Notes under the pieces: model-generated | The model's input: only the letters and a program-made list of their open reading frames with translations | The model's database searches: none | Told to the model about the DNA's origin: nothing | Program-made: the position numbers and the translations under genes | Shown: positions 10,394 to 19,943 of the stretch, piece by piece | Position numbering within the stretch: position 1 is the first letter of the stretch | How the letters are laid out: every line of letters begins with the position of its first letter | Source of the DNA: Gammaproteobacteria bacterium | Lineage (GTDB): Bacteria; Pseudomonadota; Gammaproteobacteria; Ga0077536 | Direction of reading: 5' to 3' | Assembly: GCA_963662545.2 (NCBI GenBank) | Contig: CAXXLL010000002.1 | Span: 512,001 to 576,000 of the forward strand | Length of the DNA: 64,000 nucleotides

Positions 10394-10499
10394 CGCCGCG
10401 GTTGCCCGTCGTCTGGTGGCTGCCGCTTTTTCGGCAGGATTTGCCGCCTCGCTAAGCCGTCGCGTCGTGAATCCCGCAACAACGGCGATGCGCCGGATC

Positions 10500-10515
10500 T
10501 GGCACCGCTTATGCA
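10500..10515 (+). promoter_or_regulatory. sigma54 promoter upstream of flgJKL
   Basis: TGGCACCGCTTATGCA, GG-N10-GC, followed by RBS AGGAG. Confidence 0.65.
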
Positions 10516-10547
10516 TTGGTTCCGGCAGGCACCGTAGGAGACCTCGA

Positions 10548-11384
10548 ATGCAATCCACACTGCCCGGCGGCAGTATCGGTTTTCCCCGCTTCGCGGATCT
10601 GCGCGGGCGCTCGCGCGAGGACGCGGCCGGCGCCCTGGCGGAGGTTGCCGACGAGTTCGAGGCCTTGTTCGTCGAAATCATGCTCAAAGCGGCGCGCGAC
10701 GCGCAGATGGAGGATGGATTATTCGATTCGAACGAGCTCGATACCTACCGTGAAATGCTCGACCAGCAGATCGCCATCACGATGGCGCGCAATCATGATC
10801 TCGGTATCGGCGATATCTTGATGCAGCAGTTCGATGGATTCGTGGCCCCGCAAAAAGCCGCTACGGCTGGCACGGGCGCGCTCCCCCGTGAGGGTGACAA
10901 AGACGGATTCGTCGCGTTGCTCGCACCGCTGGCAGTGGATGCCGCGCGTAAACTCGGCGTGTCGCCGCGCGGACTGATCGCGCAGGCCGCGCTCGAATCG
11001 GGCTGGGGACGCCACGTCATACGCCATCCCGACGGGCGCAGCTCGCATAATTATTTTGGCGTCAAGGCGGATGCGCGTTGGGCGGGCGAGGTCGTGCACG
11101 TGCCGACCACGGAATTCATCGACGGCCGCGCCGTCACGGTCAAAGCCGCATTTCGTTCCTACGACAGCGCCGCTGCCGCATTCGACGACTACGTTGATTT
11201 CATGCAGGACAATCCGCGCTATCAACGCGTACTGGCGGAAGGTCGGGACGCGGGACGGTTCGCCGCGCAGCTGGCCAGCGCGGGTTACGCCACGGACCCT
11301 AACTACGCCGAGAAAATAGTCGCGATCCTCGATACCGGTGACTGGGCTCGATATGACGGGCTCGAGCACAACAGCAGAAACTGA
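10548..11384 (+). CDS. flgJ: Rod-capping peptidoglycan hydrolase FlgJ
   Basis: FEALF..MLK rod-binding domain plus AQAALESGWG, N.FG.KA, FRSY and GYATDPNYA glucosaminidase motifs. Confidence 0.93.
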   Translation: MQSTLPGGSIGFPRFADLRGRSREDAAGALAEVADEFEALFVEIMLKAARDAQMEDGLFDSNELDTYREMLDQQIAITMARNHDLGIGDILMQQFDGFVAPQKAATAGTGALPREGDKDGFVALLAPLAVDAARKLGVSPRGLIAQAALESGWGRHVIRHPDGRSSHNYFGVKADARWAGEVVHVPTTEFIDGRAVTVKAAFRSYDSAAAAFDDYVDFMQDNPRYQRVLAEGRDAGRFAAQLASAGYATDPNYAEKIVAILDTGDWARYDGLEHNSRN

Positions 11385-11385
11385 A

Positions 11386-13269
11386 ATGACCGCGAGCACT
11401 TTCAATATCGGTTTGTCCGCCCTGCGGGCCTTTCAACAGGGGCTTGCGACCACCGGCCACAACATCGCCAACGTCAATACCGAGGGATTCAGCCGTCAGC
11501 GCGTCACTTTCGAATCACGTGAACCGCAGTTCATCGGTATTGGCTTCGTCGGTAAAGGCGTCGATACCCAGGGCATTCGTCGGCTTGCCAATCAGTTTCT
11601 GATCGATCAACTGCGATCGACCACGTCCAGCCAGGTCAATGCGGCGATGATGACCGATCTCATCGACCAGGTAGATCGACAGATCGGCGATGGCCTGGTG
11701 GCGAACAGCATGGCGAGTTTCTTCAACGCTCTCAACGACGCCAATGACGATCCGCGGCTGATGGCGACACGACAGGTACTGATGGAAAACGCACAAGCCA
11801 TGGTCGCGCGGTTTGCGGAGCAGGAAGATCTGCTGAACGGACTGTCACGCAGCGTCAACCAGCAAATCACCGGAAAGATCGCCGAGATCAACACGTTCAC
11901 CGAAGCCATCGCTGCGATCAATATCGATATTGCGCGGAGCGCAGGCCTCGCCCAGGGTGAAGCGCCTAGCGACCTGTTGGACATGCGCGACAAAATGCTG
12001 CTCGATCTGTCCCGCCTGATCGGGATAACTACGCAGCCAGGCAACGACGGCATGATCAACGTACTCGCCGGCAGCGGAAATTTACTCGTTACGGGCGGCA
12101 CCCAGGCCAAGCTTCGAGCCATACCCAATGCGCTCGACGCCTCCCGTATTGAAGTCGCCTACGACGTCGCCGGAACCCTGGCGCAGATTACCTCATCCAT
12201 CGATGGGGGTGAGCTCGGTGCACTGATCGAATTCCGCGATGCAGTGCTCGAACCTACCCGCAATGCGATCGGCCGGCTGGCAGTGGGCATCGCCTTGTCG
12301 GTGAACGAGCAGCACCGCGAAGGGATGGACCTGAACGGCGCGCTCGGCGGTGACCTGTTTTCCTTACCTGCGCCCAACGTGAATTCACTCGCGACCAACG
12401 TGGGATCGATAAGCGTCGTCTTCGATCAGAATGATGTCGGTGGCCTCACTACTTCCGATTACCGGTTGCGGCACGACGGTACGGATTTCATCCTGACGCG
12501 CTTGTCCGATAACTCGATGCAGACCTTGTCTGGTGCCGGGCCGTTCAGCGTCGACGGCATCACGATATCGATCACCGGGGCGCCGGCCGCCGGTGACGAA
12601 TACTTGATAAATCCGACCAAACTCGTGCCCCGAGCAATGCAGCTCGCGACTACCGACCCTGCCGAACTCGCCCTGGCGCTGCCGATCCGCACGCAAAGCG
12701 AGTTTGCGAACCTGGGCGACGCCATCGTGTCGATTGGCGAAATTCTGGATCCGACCGATCCGTCGCTCCTCGCGACCACGCAAATAGTGTTCAACGATCC
12801 GCCGACGACATACCAGATCAACGGCGCCGGTCCAACGCTCGCCTACACTAGTGGGGGCAATATCGATGTCAACGGCTGGCGCATACAGGTGACGGGCGCC
12901 CCCGTCGCAGGCGATGTGTTCACCATCGAGAGCAATGCCGGCGGTATCGGCGACAACGGTAACGGGCTCGTCTTAAGTGGCCTGCAATTCACGCCGATAC
13001 TTCAGGGTGGGACCGCCAGTTACCAGGAGGCCTACGGCATTCTCATCGGCGAAGTCGGCTCGGCGGCTCAGCAATCTCGCATCAGCCGCGATGCCCTGAG
13101 CGCGCTTCAGGAAAATGCCCAAATCGCGCGCGATGGGCTTTCCGGCGTCAACCTCGATGAGGAAGCTGCCAACCTGTTGCGCTTCCAGCAGGCTTACCAG
13201 GCCGCGGCGCAGATCATCATCGCCGCGAACGAAGCATTCGAAGCATTGCTCTCGGCGGTGCGGAGGTAG
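11386..13269 (+). CDS. flgK: Hook-associated protein FlgK
   Basis: TTGHNIANVNTEGFSRQ, SGVNLDEEAANL..FQQAYQA. Confidence 0.96.
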   Translation: MTASTFNIGLSALRAFQQGLATTGHNIANVNTEGFSRQRVTFESREPQFIGIGFVGKGVDTQGIRRLANQFLIDQLRSTTSSQVNAAMMTDLIDQVDRQIGDGLVANSMASFFNALNDANDDPRLMATRQVLMENAQAMVARFAEQEDLLNGLSRSVNQQITGKIAEINTFTEAIAAINIDIARSAGLAQGEAPSDLLDMRDKMLLDLSRLIGITTQPGNDGMINVLAGSGNLLVTGGTQAKLRAIPNALDASRIEVAYDVAGTLAQITSSIDGGELGALIEFRDAVLEPTRNAIGRLAVGIALSVNEQHREGMDLNGALGGDLFSLPAPNVNSLATNVGSISVVFDQNDVGGLTTSDYRLRHDGTDFILTRLSDNSMQTLSGAGPFSVDGITISITGAPAAGDEYLINPTKLVPRAMQLATTDPAELALALPIRTQSEFANLGDAIVSIGEILDPTDPSLLATTQIVFNDPPTTYQINGAGPTLAYTSGGNIDVNGWRIQVTGAPVAGDVFTIESNAGGIGDNGNGLVLSGLQFTPILQGGTASYQEAYGILIGEVGSAAQQSRISRDALSALQENAQIARDGLSGVNLDEEAANLLRFQQAYQAAAQIIIAANEAFEALLSAVRR

Positions 13270-13274
13270 GCGAT

Positions 13275-14477
13275 ATGCGGGTCAGCTATAACCAGCTTTT
13301 TCAACAACCGCTCAATCGCATTCTGGAATTGCAACGGCATATATACGACGTCCAGCAGCAGATCGCGAGCGGGCGGCGGGTCGTGCAACCCGCTGACGAT
13401 CCGGTCGCGGCGGCGACCGTCATGCAGGTGAACGAGCGCATCCAGGCAGCCGCGCAGTTCGATCGCAACGGCGCCCAGGCTGAACAACGCCTCGCGCTCG
13501 CCGAGGACGTCATGCGCGGTGTGAGCAACGCGCTGCAGCGGGTCCACGAACTCGTGCTGCAGGGGCGCAACGAAACGCTGGGAGCTGCCGACCGGCGCGC
13601 GCTGGCACTCGAAGTGCGCGCGCAGCTCGATGTGCTGGCCGATCTCGGCAACACGCGTAATGCCTCCGGCGAGTACATTTTTGCCGGCGCTCAGGCAACG
13701 ACGCGGCCGTTTACCCGCGACTTCGCCGGCAATGTCAGCTTTAACGGCGACCAGGTCGTCAGGCAGATTCAGATCTCGGAAACCCGTGCCGTCGGAGAAA
13801 GTTTTTCGGGTGACGAAGCGCTGATGTCGATACGCAACGGCAACGGGATATTTTTTACGAGCATGGCGCTCGGCAATACCGGCACCGCGCAGATCAGCGA
13901 CAACATCGTATCTGATCCGAGCGCGTTTCTAACACATGATTTCCGCATCAGTTTTACCAGCCCCACGACTTTCGACGTGATCGACGATACGCTCGGCATG
14001 ACCGTATTGGCGGCGCAGCCGTACACGGAAGGCAACGCCGTCGCATTCTCCGGCATGCAAGTGACGCTATTCGGCCTTCCCGACGCGGGTGACGAGTTCT
14101 TGTTACGCCCGAGCCGCAATCAGTCGATGTTCGATACCCTCAACACGATCGCCGGCACCATGGAAACGGATTTTGCCAACCCGGCCAGCGCCACCCGCTT
14201 CGGCTTCGACATGGACCGTTCGATTGAAGATCTCAACCAGGCCATCGAGCATGTTGCGCAGATCCGGGCTACCGCGGGGGCACGGCTGAATACCATCGAA
14301 GGACAGCGCGAGGTTCATGCAGATGTGGCACTCAACCTGCAGATCCTGCGTTCCAAGCTGGAGGACGTGGACCTCGCGGAGGCGATCAGCCTGCTGGTGC
14401 AGGAGACGACGGCGCTCGAGGCGGCTCAGGCATCTTTTGTCCGGGTGCAGGGGCTGACCTTGTTCAATTTCCTCTAA
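13275..14477 (+). CDS. flgL: Hook-associated protein FlgL
   Basis: QQIASGRRV..PADDP, G.YIFAG, C-terminal V.GL.LFNFL. Confidence 0.95.
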   Translation: MRVSYNQLFQQPLNRILELQRHIYDVQQQIASGRRVVQPADDPVAAATVMQVNERIQAAAQFDRNGAQAEQRLALAEDVMRGVSNALQRVHELVLQGRNETLGAADRRALALEVRAQLDVLADLGNTRNASGEYIFAGAQATTRPFTRDFAGNVSFNGDQVVRQIQISETRAVGESFSGDEALMSIRNGNGIFFTSMALGNTGTAQISDNIVSDPSAFLTHDFRISFTSPTTFDVIDDTLGMTVLAAQPYTEGNAVAFSGMQVTLFGLPDAGDEFLLRPSRNQSMFDTLNTIAGTMETDFANPASATRFGFDMDRSIEDLNQAIEHVAQIRATAGARLNTIEGQREVHADVALNLQILRSKLEDVDLAEAISLLVQETTALEAAQASFVRVQGLTLFNFL

Positions 14478-14545
14478 CGCCGCTGCATAGGCAGGATCTT
14501 AGGCGTTGAACTGAAACGCCGAGGCATTACCGAGCGGCACAATAA

Positions 14546-14644
14546 AACCACAGAGACCACTGAGTACACAGAGAAAACCATTGTTTTGTGACCTGTAAAC
14601 GGTCTTTTTTCCTTTTCTCCGTGTACTCCGTGACCTCTGTGGTT
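14546..14644. repeat. Palindromic REP-like element, 32-bp arms with ~9-nt periodicity
   Basis: AACCACAGAGACCACTGAGTACACAGAGAAAA (14546-14577) is the near-perfect reverse complement (28/32) of 14613-14644. Confidence 0.75.
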
Positions 14645-14699
14645 CGTTAAGACGGTATTTTGGAGTTACGGACTCAAGAACCAACTTATGAGCGCCACT

Positions 14700-14726
14700 T
14701 AAAGGCCGGGCCACCGTGGCCGATAA
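14700..14726 (+). promoter_or_regulatory. Perfect sigma28 promoter
   Basis: TAAA-N15-GCCGATAA exact consensus; RBS GGAGG at 14756-14760. Confidence 0.85.
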
Positions 14727-14767
14727 AGATTCCGGACCCCTTTCGATTCGGTCCCGGAGGCGCTGCC

Positions 14768-14974
14768 ATGCAAGTGCACGAAGATGCTCGAATCGAGCGA
14801 CTCTACTGCGAAATTCGTACCTTGACGGCGATGCGTCTGCAGGCCGTAGCTGTGGCCGATTGGGCCTGGGTCGACGTCCTGGAATGGAAACGCGGCGCCT
14901 GTCGTGACGAACTCGCAAGCGCATGCGCTGCCGCAATGGAGGGCCACCACGGCCATTTGTTGAGCGCTGCCTGA
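14768..14974 (+). CDS. Short FliT-like protein (68 aa)
   Basis: LT.M.L.A....DW..V..LE..R pattern resembles FliT; good RBS; position immediately before fleQ matches fliT. Confidence 0.55.
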   Translation: MQVHEDARIERLYCEIRTLTAMRLQAVAVADWAWVDVLEWKRGACRDELASACAAAMEGHHGHLLSAA

Positions 14975-15181
14975 GGCACGCGCCCTCTGACCGGCCCGAG
15001 TGGTCGCCGTTGATTCTATCGGCGTCGAAAACCTGTCGCTGAACACGGGTTCCGATCGTGGCTTACAGTCACTTATGCCACCAATGGAAGTAACACGGTA
15101 AGGATCGATCCCTAAAGTCCATTTGGATGCCTCAGTAGATCGCCAGAATTGTGTCATTTCGCGATTCAAGCTCACGATTTC

Positions 15182-15210
15182 TTGACACTTCCTCCGCGTA
15201 CCGGTTAAAT
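15182..15210 (+). promoter_or_regulatory. sigma70-type promoter of fleQ
   Basis: TTGACA-N17-TTAAAT. Confidence 0.55.
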
Positions 15211-15321
15211 CCGTCTCAGGCCGTTCGCCGCCGCGTAGAAAATGCGGCGCGGGCGATCGCCGTCCACCGGCTAGCGGGGCCTGCCCCGGCCGGCGGAGAC
15301 AATCAAGAGGGAATTACAAAA

Positions 15322-16764
15322 ATGCCCAGAACGTCGCCGGTGCTTATCATCGAGCGCGACGACGAGGCCGCGCGCCACGTCGAAGCGATTTTGAGCTACC
15401 TCGAAATGACGCCGCTGGTGGTCGATCCCGAAGGCGATTTCTTAGGGCCCCTGGAACAGGAGCCAACGCCCTACATGATATTGCTCGGTGAATGCGGCGA
15501 CGGTAAAACGCTCACCGATGTTTTCAAACGTATCAAGGCGGCTGATCCGTATACGCCCGTCCTGTTGATGACCGGCTCTGGATCCACATCGGTCAGCGCG
15601 GATCTCGAACACGATGCATTGGCCCGCGTGCCACTGCCCCTGCGCCAGACCGATCTCGAATCCGCGCTGCAAAAAGTCAAAACCTACCGCGAAAACCGCC
15701 ACCAGGAAGGTTCACCGCGCTCGGTCGAGTTGTTCCGCAGCCTCGTTGGCGGCAGTCCCGGGATCCAACGCGTACGCAACATGATCGAAATGGTTGCCAC
15801 TAGTGACGCGAACGTCCTCATCGTCGGCGATTCCGGCACCGGGAAGGAGGTCGTTGCACGCCACGTGCATCACCACTCCAACCGCCGCAGTAAACCCTTC
15901 GTGCCTTTAAACTGTGGTGCGATTCCGGCGGATTTGCTCGAAAGCGAATTGTTCGGCCATGAAAAAGGAGCTTTTACCGGGGCCATTACCAGCCGGCAGG
16001 GCCGCTTCGAGATGGCGGACGGCGGCACGCTGTTCCTCGATGAAATCGGCGACATGAGCCTACCCATGCAGGTCAAGCTGCTGCGGGTTCTGCAAGATCG
16101 CAGTTTCGAGCGCGTCGGCAGCAGCCGCAGCGTCACGGTTAATGTCCGCATCATCGCGGCGACCCACGTTAACCTCGAACGGGCGATTCAGGAAGGCCGC
16201 TTTCGTGAAGATCTCTTTTACCGCCTAAACGTATTTCCGATCGAAACTCCACCGCTTAGGGAACGCACCGACGATTTGCCGCTGTTGGTCAACGATATCG
16301 TGGAGCGGCTCGAACACGAAGGTCGCGGGACCATCCGCATGACCTCCTCGTGCGTTGAATCGCTCACATCGTACCACTGGCCCGGCAACGTACGCGAATT
16401 GGCGAACCTGGTCGAACGCCTGTCGATCCTCTACCCAAACGGGGTCGTCGACGTTCACGATTTGCCGGAAAAGTATCGCTCTGCGGAAGTCGTCACGCGA
16501 GCGCCGGCAAAGCCGTCGCTCGCCGTCCTGCCCGATATCGCGGCGAGCCCCGATGACAGCGGGATAGCGCGGCTGCCGCGCTCGGGTCTGGATCTGAAAA
16601 TCCACTTGACTGGTATCGAGCGGGATTTGATCCGCCAGGCTCTGGATAACACGGACTGGGTCGTTGCGCACGCGGCGAAACGACTGCGCATGGGTCGCAC
16701 GACACTGGTCGAAAAAATGCGTAAATTCGACCTCTCGCGGAGCGATCAAGTGACGGTTCTTTGA
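15322..16764 (+). CDS. fleQ: Flagellar master regulator FleQ/FlrA (sigma54 enhancer-binding protein)
   Basis: FleQ-like N-domain, ELFRSLVG, GDSGTGKE, GAFTGA, HTH VVAHAAKRL...RTTLVEKMRK. Confidence 0.93.
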   Translation: MPRTSPVLIIERDDEAARHVEAILSYLEMTPLVVDPEGDFLGPLEQEPTPYMILLGECGDGKTLTDVFKRIKAADPYTPVLLMTGSGSTSVSADLEHDALARVPLPLRQTDLESALQKVKTYRENRHQEGSPRSVELFRSLVGGSPGIQRVRNMIEMVATSDANVLIVGDSGTGKEVVARHVHHHSNRRSKPFVPLNCGAIPADLLESELFGHEKGAFTGAITSRQGRFEMADGGTLFLDEIGDMSLPMQVKLLRVLQDRSFERVGSSRSVTVNVRIIAATHVNLERAIQEGRFREDLFYRLNVFPIETPPLRERTDDLPLLVNDIVERLEHEGRGTIRMTSSCVESLTSYHWPGNVRELANLVERLSILYPNGVVDVHDLPEKYRSAEVVTRAPAKPSLAVLPDIAASPDDSGIARLPRSGLDLKIHLTGIERDLIRQALDNTDWVVAHAAKRLRMGRTTLVEKMRKFDLSRSDQVTVL

Positions 16765-16828
16765 CACGCGTTGACGCCGGCGAACCTCGCTATTCTCCAA
16801 CTCACTGATAATCAAGCCCTGATCTCGG

Positions 16829-16844
16829 TGGCACGGTCCTTGCT
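16829..16844 (+). promoter_or_regulatory. sigma54 promoter of fleSR
   Basis: TGGCACGGTCCTTGCT, near-perfect consensus. Confidence 0.8.
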
Positions 16845-16903
16845 CATGCTCTGTCGCGCAGACGTCGATCTGACGCGCAAAATTTGTGAAGCCAACATCG
16901 AGC

Positions 16904-18142
16904 ATGAACTCGCAAGCTACGAATACTGCCGAACAGCTCTGCGACGCATTCGCAGAATTCGAAGACGCTTCGCAAACACTGTCCGCCTTCTACCGTGAAC
17001 TGGAACATCAAGTAGCGAGCCTCACCGCAGAACTTTCCGCCTCGCGCGCGGAACAGGTTCGCGAGTTTGCCGAGAAGGAACGCCTGGCGGCGCGCCTCGA
17101 AAATCTTCTCGAAGCCTTGCCGGGCGGAGTCGTCGTCCTCGATCAGCACGGCCGCGTGCAGGAGTTCAACCCGGCGGCGACCGATCTCCTGGGTGACTTG
17201 GTCCCGGGGGAATCCTGGAACCTGGTCGTGGCACGGGCGTTCGCGCCGCGTTGGGACGATGGTCACGATATTTCGCTCAAGGACGGTCGCGGAGTCAACA
17301 TCGCCACCCAGGCACTGAGCGGCGAACCCGGTCAAATTCTGCTGCTCAAGGACGTCACGGAAACGCGGCGCCTGCAGGAACAACTAGCCCACTCCAAGCG
17401 GATCTCGGCGAAGACGGAAATGGCGGCCGCGATGGCGCATCAGATCCGAACGCCGCTCGCCGCAGCCCTGCTCAATACGGGTAACCTCAAGCGCCGCGGG
17501 GTCGCCGATGCCGAGCGGGATCGCACCGTTGAACGCGCACTGAAGTCGTTGCGCAAACTCGAGCGACTGGTCGACGACATGCTGCTGTTTGCCCGCGGTG
17601 GCAAACTCGAGGTCGAGGAAATCACGAATACCGATCTACTCACCGCGATCGAATCAGCGGCTGCGGATGCATTCGACTACAAAGAGTTTGATATTGGCTT
17701 CGAGCCGGAAGCGCACGAAGGTGCGGTTTTCGCCAATGTTGCGGCCTTGACGAGCGTAGCGCTCAATCTGATCGACAACGCCTGGCATGCGTGCAAGGGA
17801 CGAGGTCGTATCCTCATCCGATCACGCACCTCGGCCGGCGCGCTTGAAATTATGTTCGAAGACAATGGGCCAGGGGTGAACCCCGGTGAATACGAAAAGA
17901 TTTTCGAACCCTTTCATTCGATCCGCAAGAACGGGACCGGTCTCGGCTTGTCGATCGCGCGATCCGTTGCGCGGGCGCATGCGGGCGAACTCTGCGTGAA
18001 CGTCGAGACCACCTCGGGCGCGTGTTTCATCATGCGCCTGCCGTTGATCGCGTCTATATCGTCGCCTTACGAGCCGCATCGGCCACCCGGCGGCGCGCAC
18101 GCGGATGTTCCCCAAACCATCCGGTTCCAACAAGCGGGGTAA
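16904..18142 (+). CDS. fleS: PAS sensor histidine kinase FleS/FlrB
   Basis: N-terminal coiled coil, PAS, AHQIRTPL H-box, NLIDNA, DNGPG, GTGLGL. Confidence 0.92.
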   Translation: MNSQATNTAEQLCDAFAEFEDASQTLSAFYRELEHQVASLTAELSASRAEQVREFAEKERLAARLENLLEALPGGVVVLDQHGRVQEFNPAATDLLGDLVPGESWNLVVARAFAPRWDDGHDISLKDGRGVNIATQALSGEPGQILLLKDVTETRRLQEQLAHSKRISAKTEMAAAMAHQIRTPLAAALLNTGNLKRRGVADAERDRTVERALKSLRKLERLVDDMLLFARGGKLEVEEITNTDLLTAIESAAADAFDYKEFDIGFEPEAHEGAVFANVAALTSVALNLIDNAWHACKGRGRILIRSRTSAGALEIMFEDNGPGVNPGEYEKIFEPFHSIRKNGTGLGLSIARSVARAHAGELCVNVETTSGACFIMRLPLIASISSPYEPHRPPGGAHADVPQTIRFQQAG

Positions 18143-18145
18143 AGC

Positions 18146-19510
18146 ATGTCCGGCGGTAATACCAATATCCTGATCGTTGAAGACGACGATGCTTTACGCG
18201 ATGCCTTGATTGATACGGCGGTGATCGCGGGCCTCAAGGCATCGGGCGCGCCGCACGGTCGCGCCGCGCTCGATGCCTTGGCGCACACGCAGTTCGACCT
18301 CGTGATCAGCGACATTCAAATGGATCCCATGGATGGTCATGCCTTACTGCGCGAAATCAGGAAGCGCGATCGCAACCTGCCGGTGGTGCTCATGACCGCC
18401 TACAAATCGATTCAAAGTGCGGTCAGCGCCCTGCGCGAAGGTGCGACCGATTATTTGATCAAACCGTTCGAGGCCGAAGTGCTGCTCAGCCGCATTGACG
18501 AATGGCTACCCCGGCTTACGGCGGTGAATGACACCGATATCGTGGCCGAAGACCCAGTCAGCAAGCGCGTATTCGAGCTGGCTAGACGAATTGCAGAATC
18601 GGATGCGTCGGTGATGATCACCGGCGAGAGCGGCGTCGGTAAGGAGGTCGTCTTTCGGGCGATTCATCGCCATTCGAATCGCGCTCAAGCCACACCGGTC
18701 GCGATCAATTGTGCAGCCATTCCGGAAAACATGCTCGAAGCCATCCTGTTCGGCTACGAAAAAGGCGCGTTTACGGGCGCCTACAAGGCCTGCCTCGGAA
18801 AATTCGAACAGGCGCAGGATTCAACGCTGCTGCTGGACGAAGTTTCTGAAATGCCGCTGGGATTACAGGCCAAGCTGCTGCGCGTACTGCAGGAACGCCA
18901 GGTCGAACGCCTCGGCAGCCAGCGATTGATCGATCTCGATGTCCGCGTGGTGGCGACCTGCAACAGCGACCTGCGGGCCCAGGTATCGGGTGGCCGATTC
19001 CGCGAAGATCTCTATTACCGCCTGAACGTCATGCCGATCGACGTGCCGCCGTTGCGCGCACGCCGCGCGGACATCATCCCCTTGGCAAGGGCGATGCTTA
19101 ACCGGGCCGTGGCAAAATCGAAAAAGACGCCGCCCGAACTGACGCCGGAAGCACGCGCGCGGCTATTCGAATACGACTGGCCGGGTAACGTGCGCGAACT
19201 CGACAACGTCATGCAGCGCGCTCTCATCATGCGCCAGGCCACCGAGATCGGTGAGTGCGATCTCATTTTCGAGGGCGTCGCCGTCACGAATTCAAGTGAA
19301 GGCGCGCCTTTCCGCGAGGCCGGTTGTGACGAAGCTGAATCGCTCGGTACCGATCTTAAGGATCATGAACGGCGATTGATCCTCGGCGCACTTGAGGAGG
19401 GCCGCGGCAGTCGCAAGTTCGCTTCGGACAAATTGGGGATTAGCCCGCGCACCTTGCGCTACAAGATTGCGCGCATGCGTGAGGCGGGTATTACGATTCC
19501 GGGACACTGA
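18146..19510 (+). CDS. fleR: sigma54-dependent response regulator FleR/FlrC
   Basis: REC domain, GESGVGKE, GAFTGA, LGISPRTLRYK HTH. Confidence 0.93.
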   Translation: MSGGNTNILIVEDDDALRDALIDTAVIAGLKASGAPHGRAALDALAHTQFDLVISDIQMDPMDGHALLREIRKRDRNLPVVLMTAYKSIQSAVSALREGATDYLIKPFEAEVLLSRIDEWLPRLTAVNDTDIVAEDPVSKRVFELARRIAESDASVMITGESGVGKEVVFRAIHRHSNRAQATPVAINCAAIPENMLEAILFGYEKGAFTGAYKACLGKFEQAQDSTLLLDEVSEMPLGLQAKLLRVLQERQVERLGSQRLIDLDVRVVATCNSDLRAQVSGGRFREDLYYRLNVMPIDVPPLRARRADIIPLARAMLNRAVAKSKKTPPELTPEARARLFEYDWPGNVRELDNVMQRALIMRQATEIGECDLIFEGVAVTNSSEGAPFREAGCDEAESLGTDLKDHERRLILGALEEGRGSRKFASDKLGISPRTLRYKIARMREAGITIPGH

Positions 19511-19579
19511 GTAGAAACCGCGGCCGCGGGCGGGACGGATGCAGCCTTCCCCCGGGTCGTTGGTCATCGAGGAGGAAAC

Positions 19580-19906
19580 ATGTCGATAGGTGCGATTGAT
19601 TCACAAGCATTGCTTGAGCAGATGCGCGCGTTCGCCAACGAGGCCCGCGGAACAGAAATCAAACGGTCCGCCGAGGTTTCAGGTACGGATTTCGACCAGG
19701 TGTTGAAACAAGCGCTCGACGCCGTCAATGCCAATCAAACCGAAGCGGGCCGGATGACGCAGAGTTTCGAACGCGGTGAGCCGGGCATGGATCTGGCCGC
19801 GGTGATGGTGGCGATACAAAAGGCCAACGTTTCGTTCCAGGCCGCGACCCAAGTGCGCAACCGCCTCGTTGCGGCTTACCAGGACATCATGAATATGCCG
19901 ATTTAA
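19580..19906 (+). CDS. fliE: Hook-basal body protein FliE
   Basis: VMVA.QKA.VSF...QVRN.LV.AYQDIMNM. Confidence 0.95.
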   Translation: MSIGAIDSQALLEQMRAFANEARGTEIKRSAEVSGTDFDQVLKQALDAVNANQTEAGRMTQSFERGEPGMDLAAVMVAIQKANVSFQAATQVRNRLVAAYQDIMNMPI

Positions 19907-19943
19907 TCGGCGCCAAGGCATTTTAAAGGCACGAATCGAATCC

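Noticed and set aside
9428-10687. Long antisense ORFs (419 aa here, 435 aa at 35499-36806, and others)
   Set aside because: Shadow ORFs opposite well-conserved genes in GC-rich DNA; no recognisable motifs
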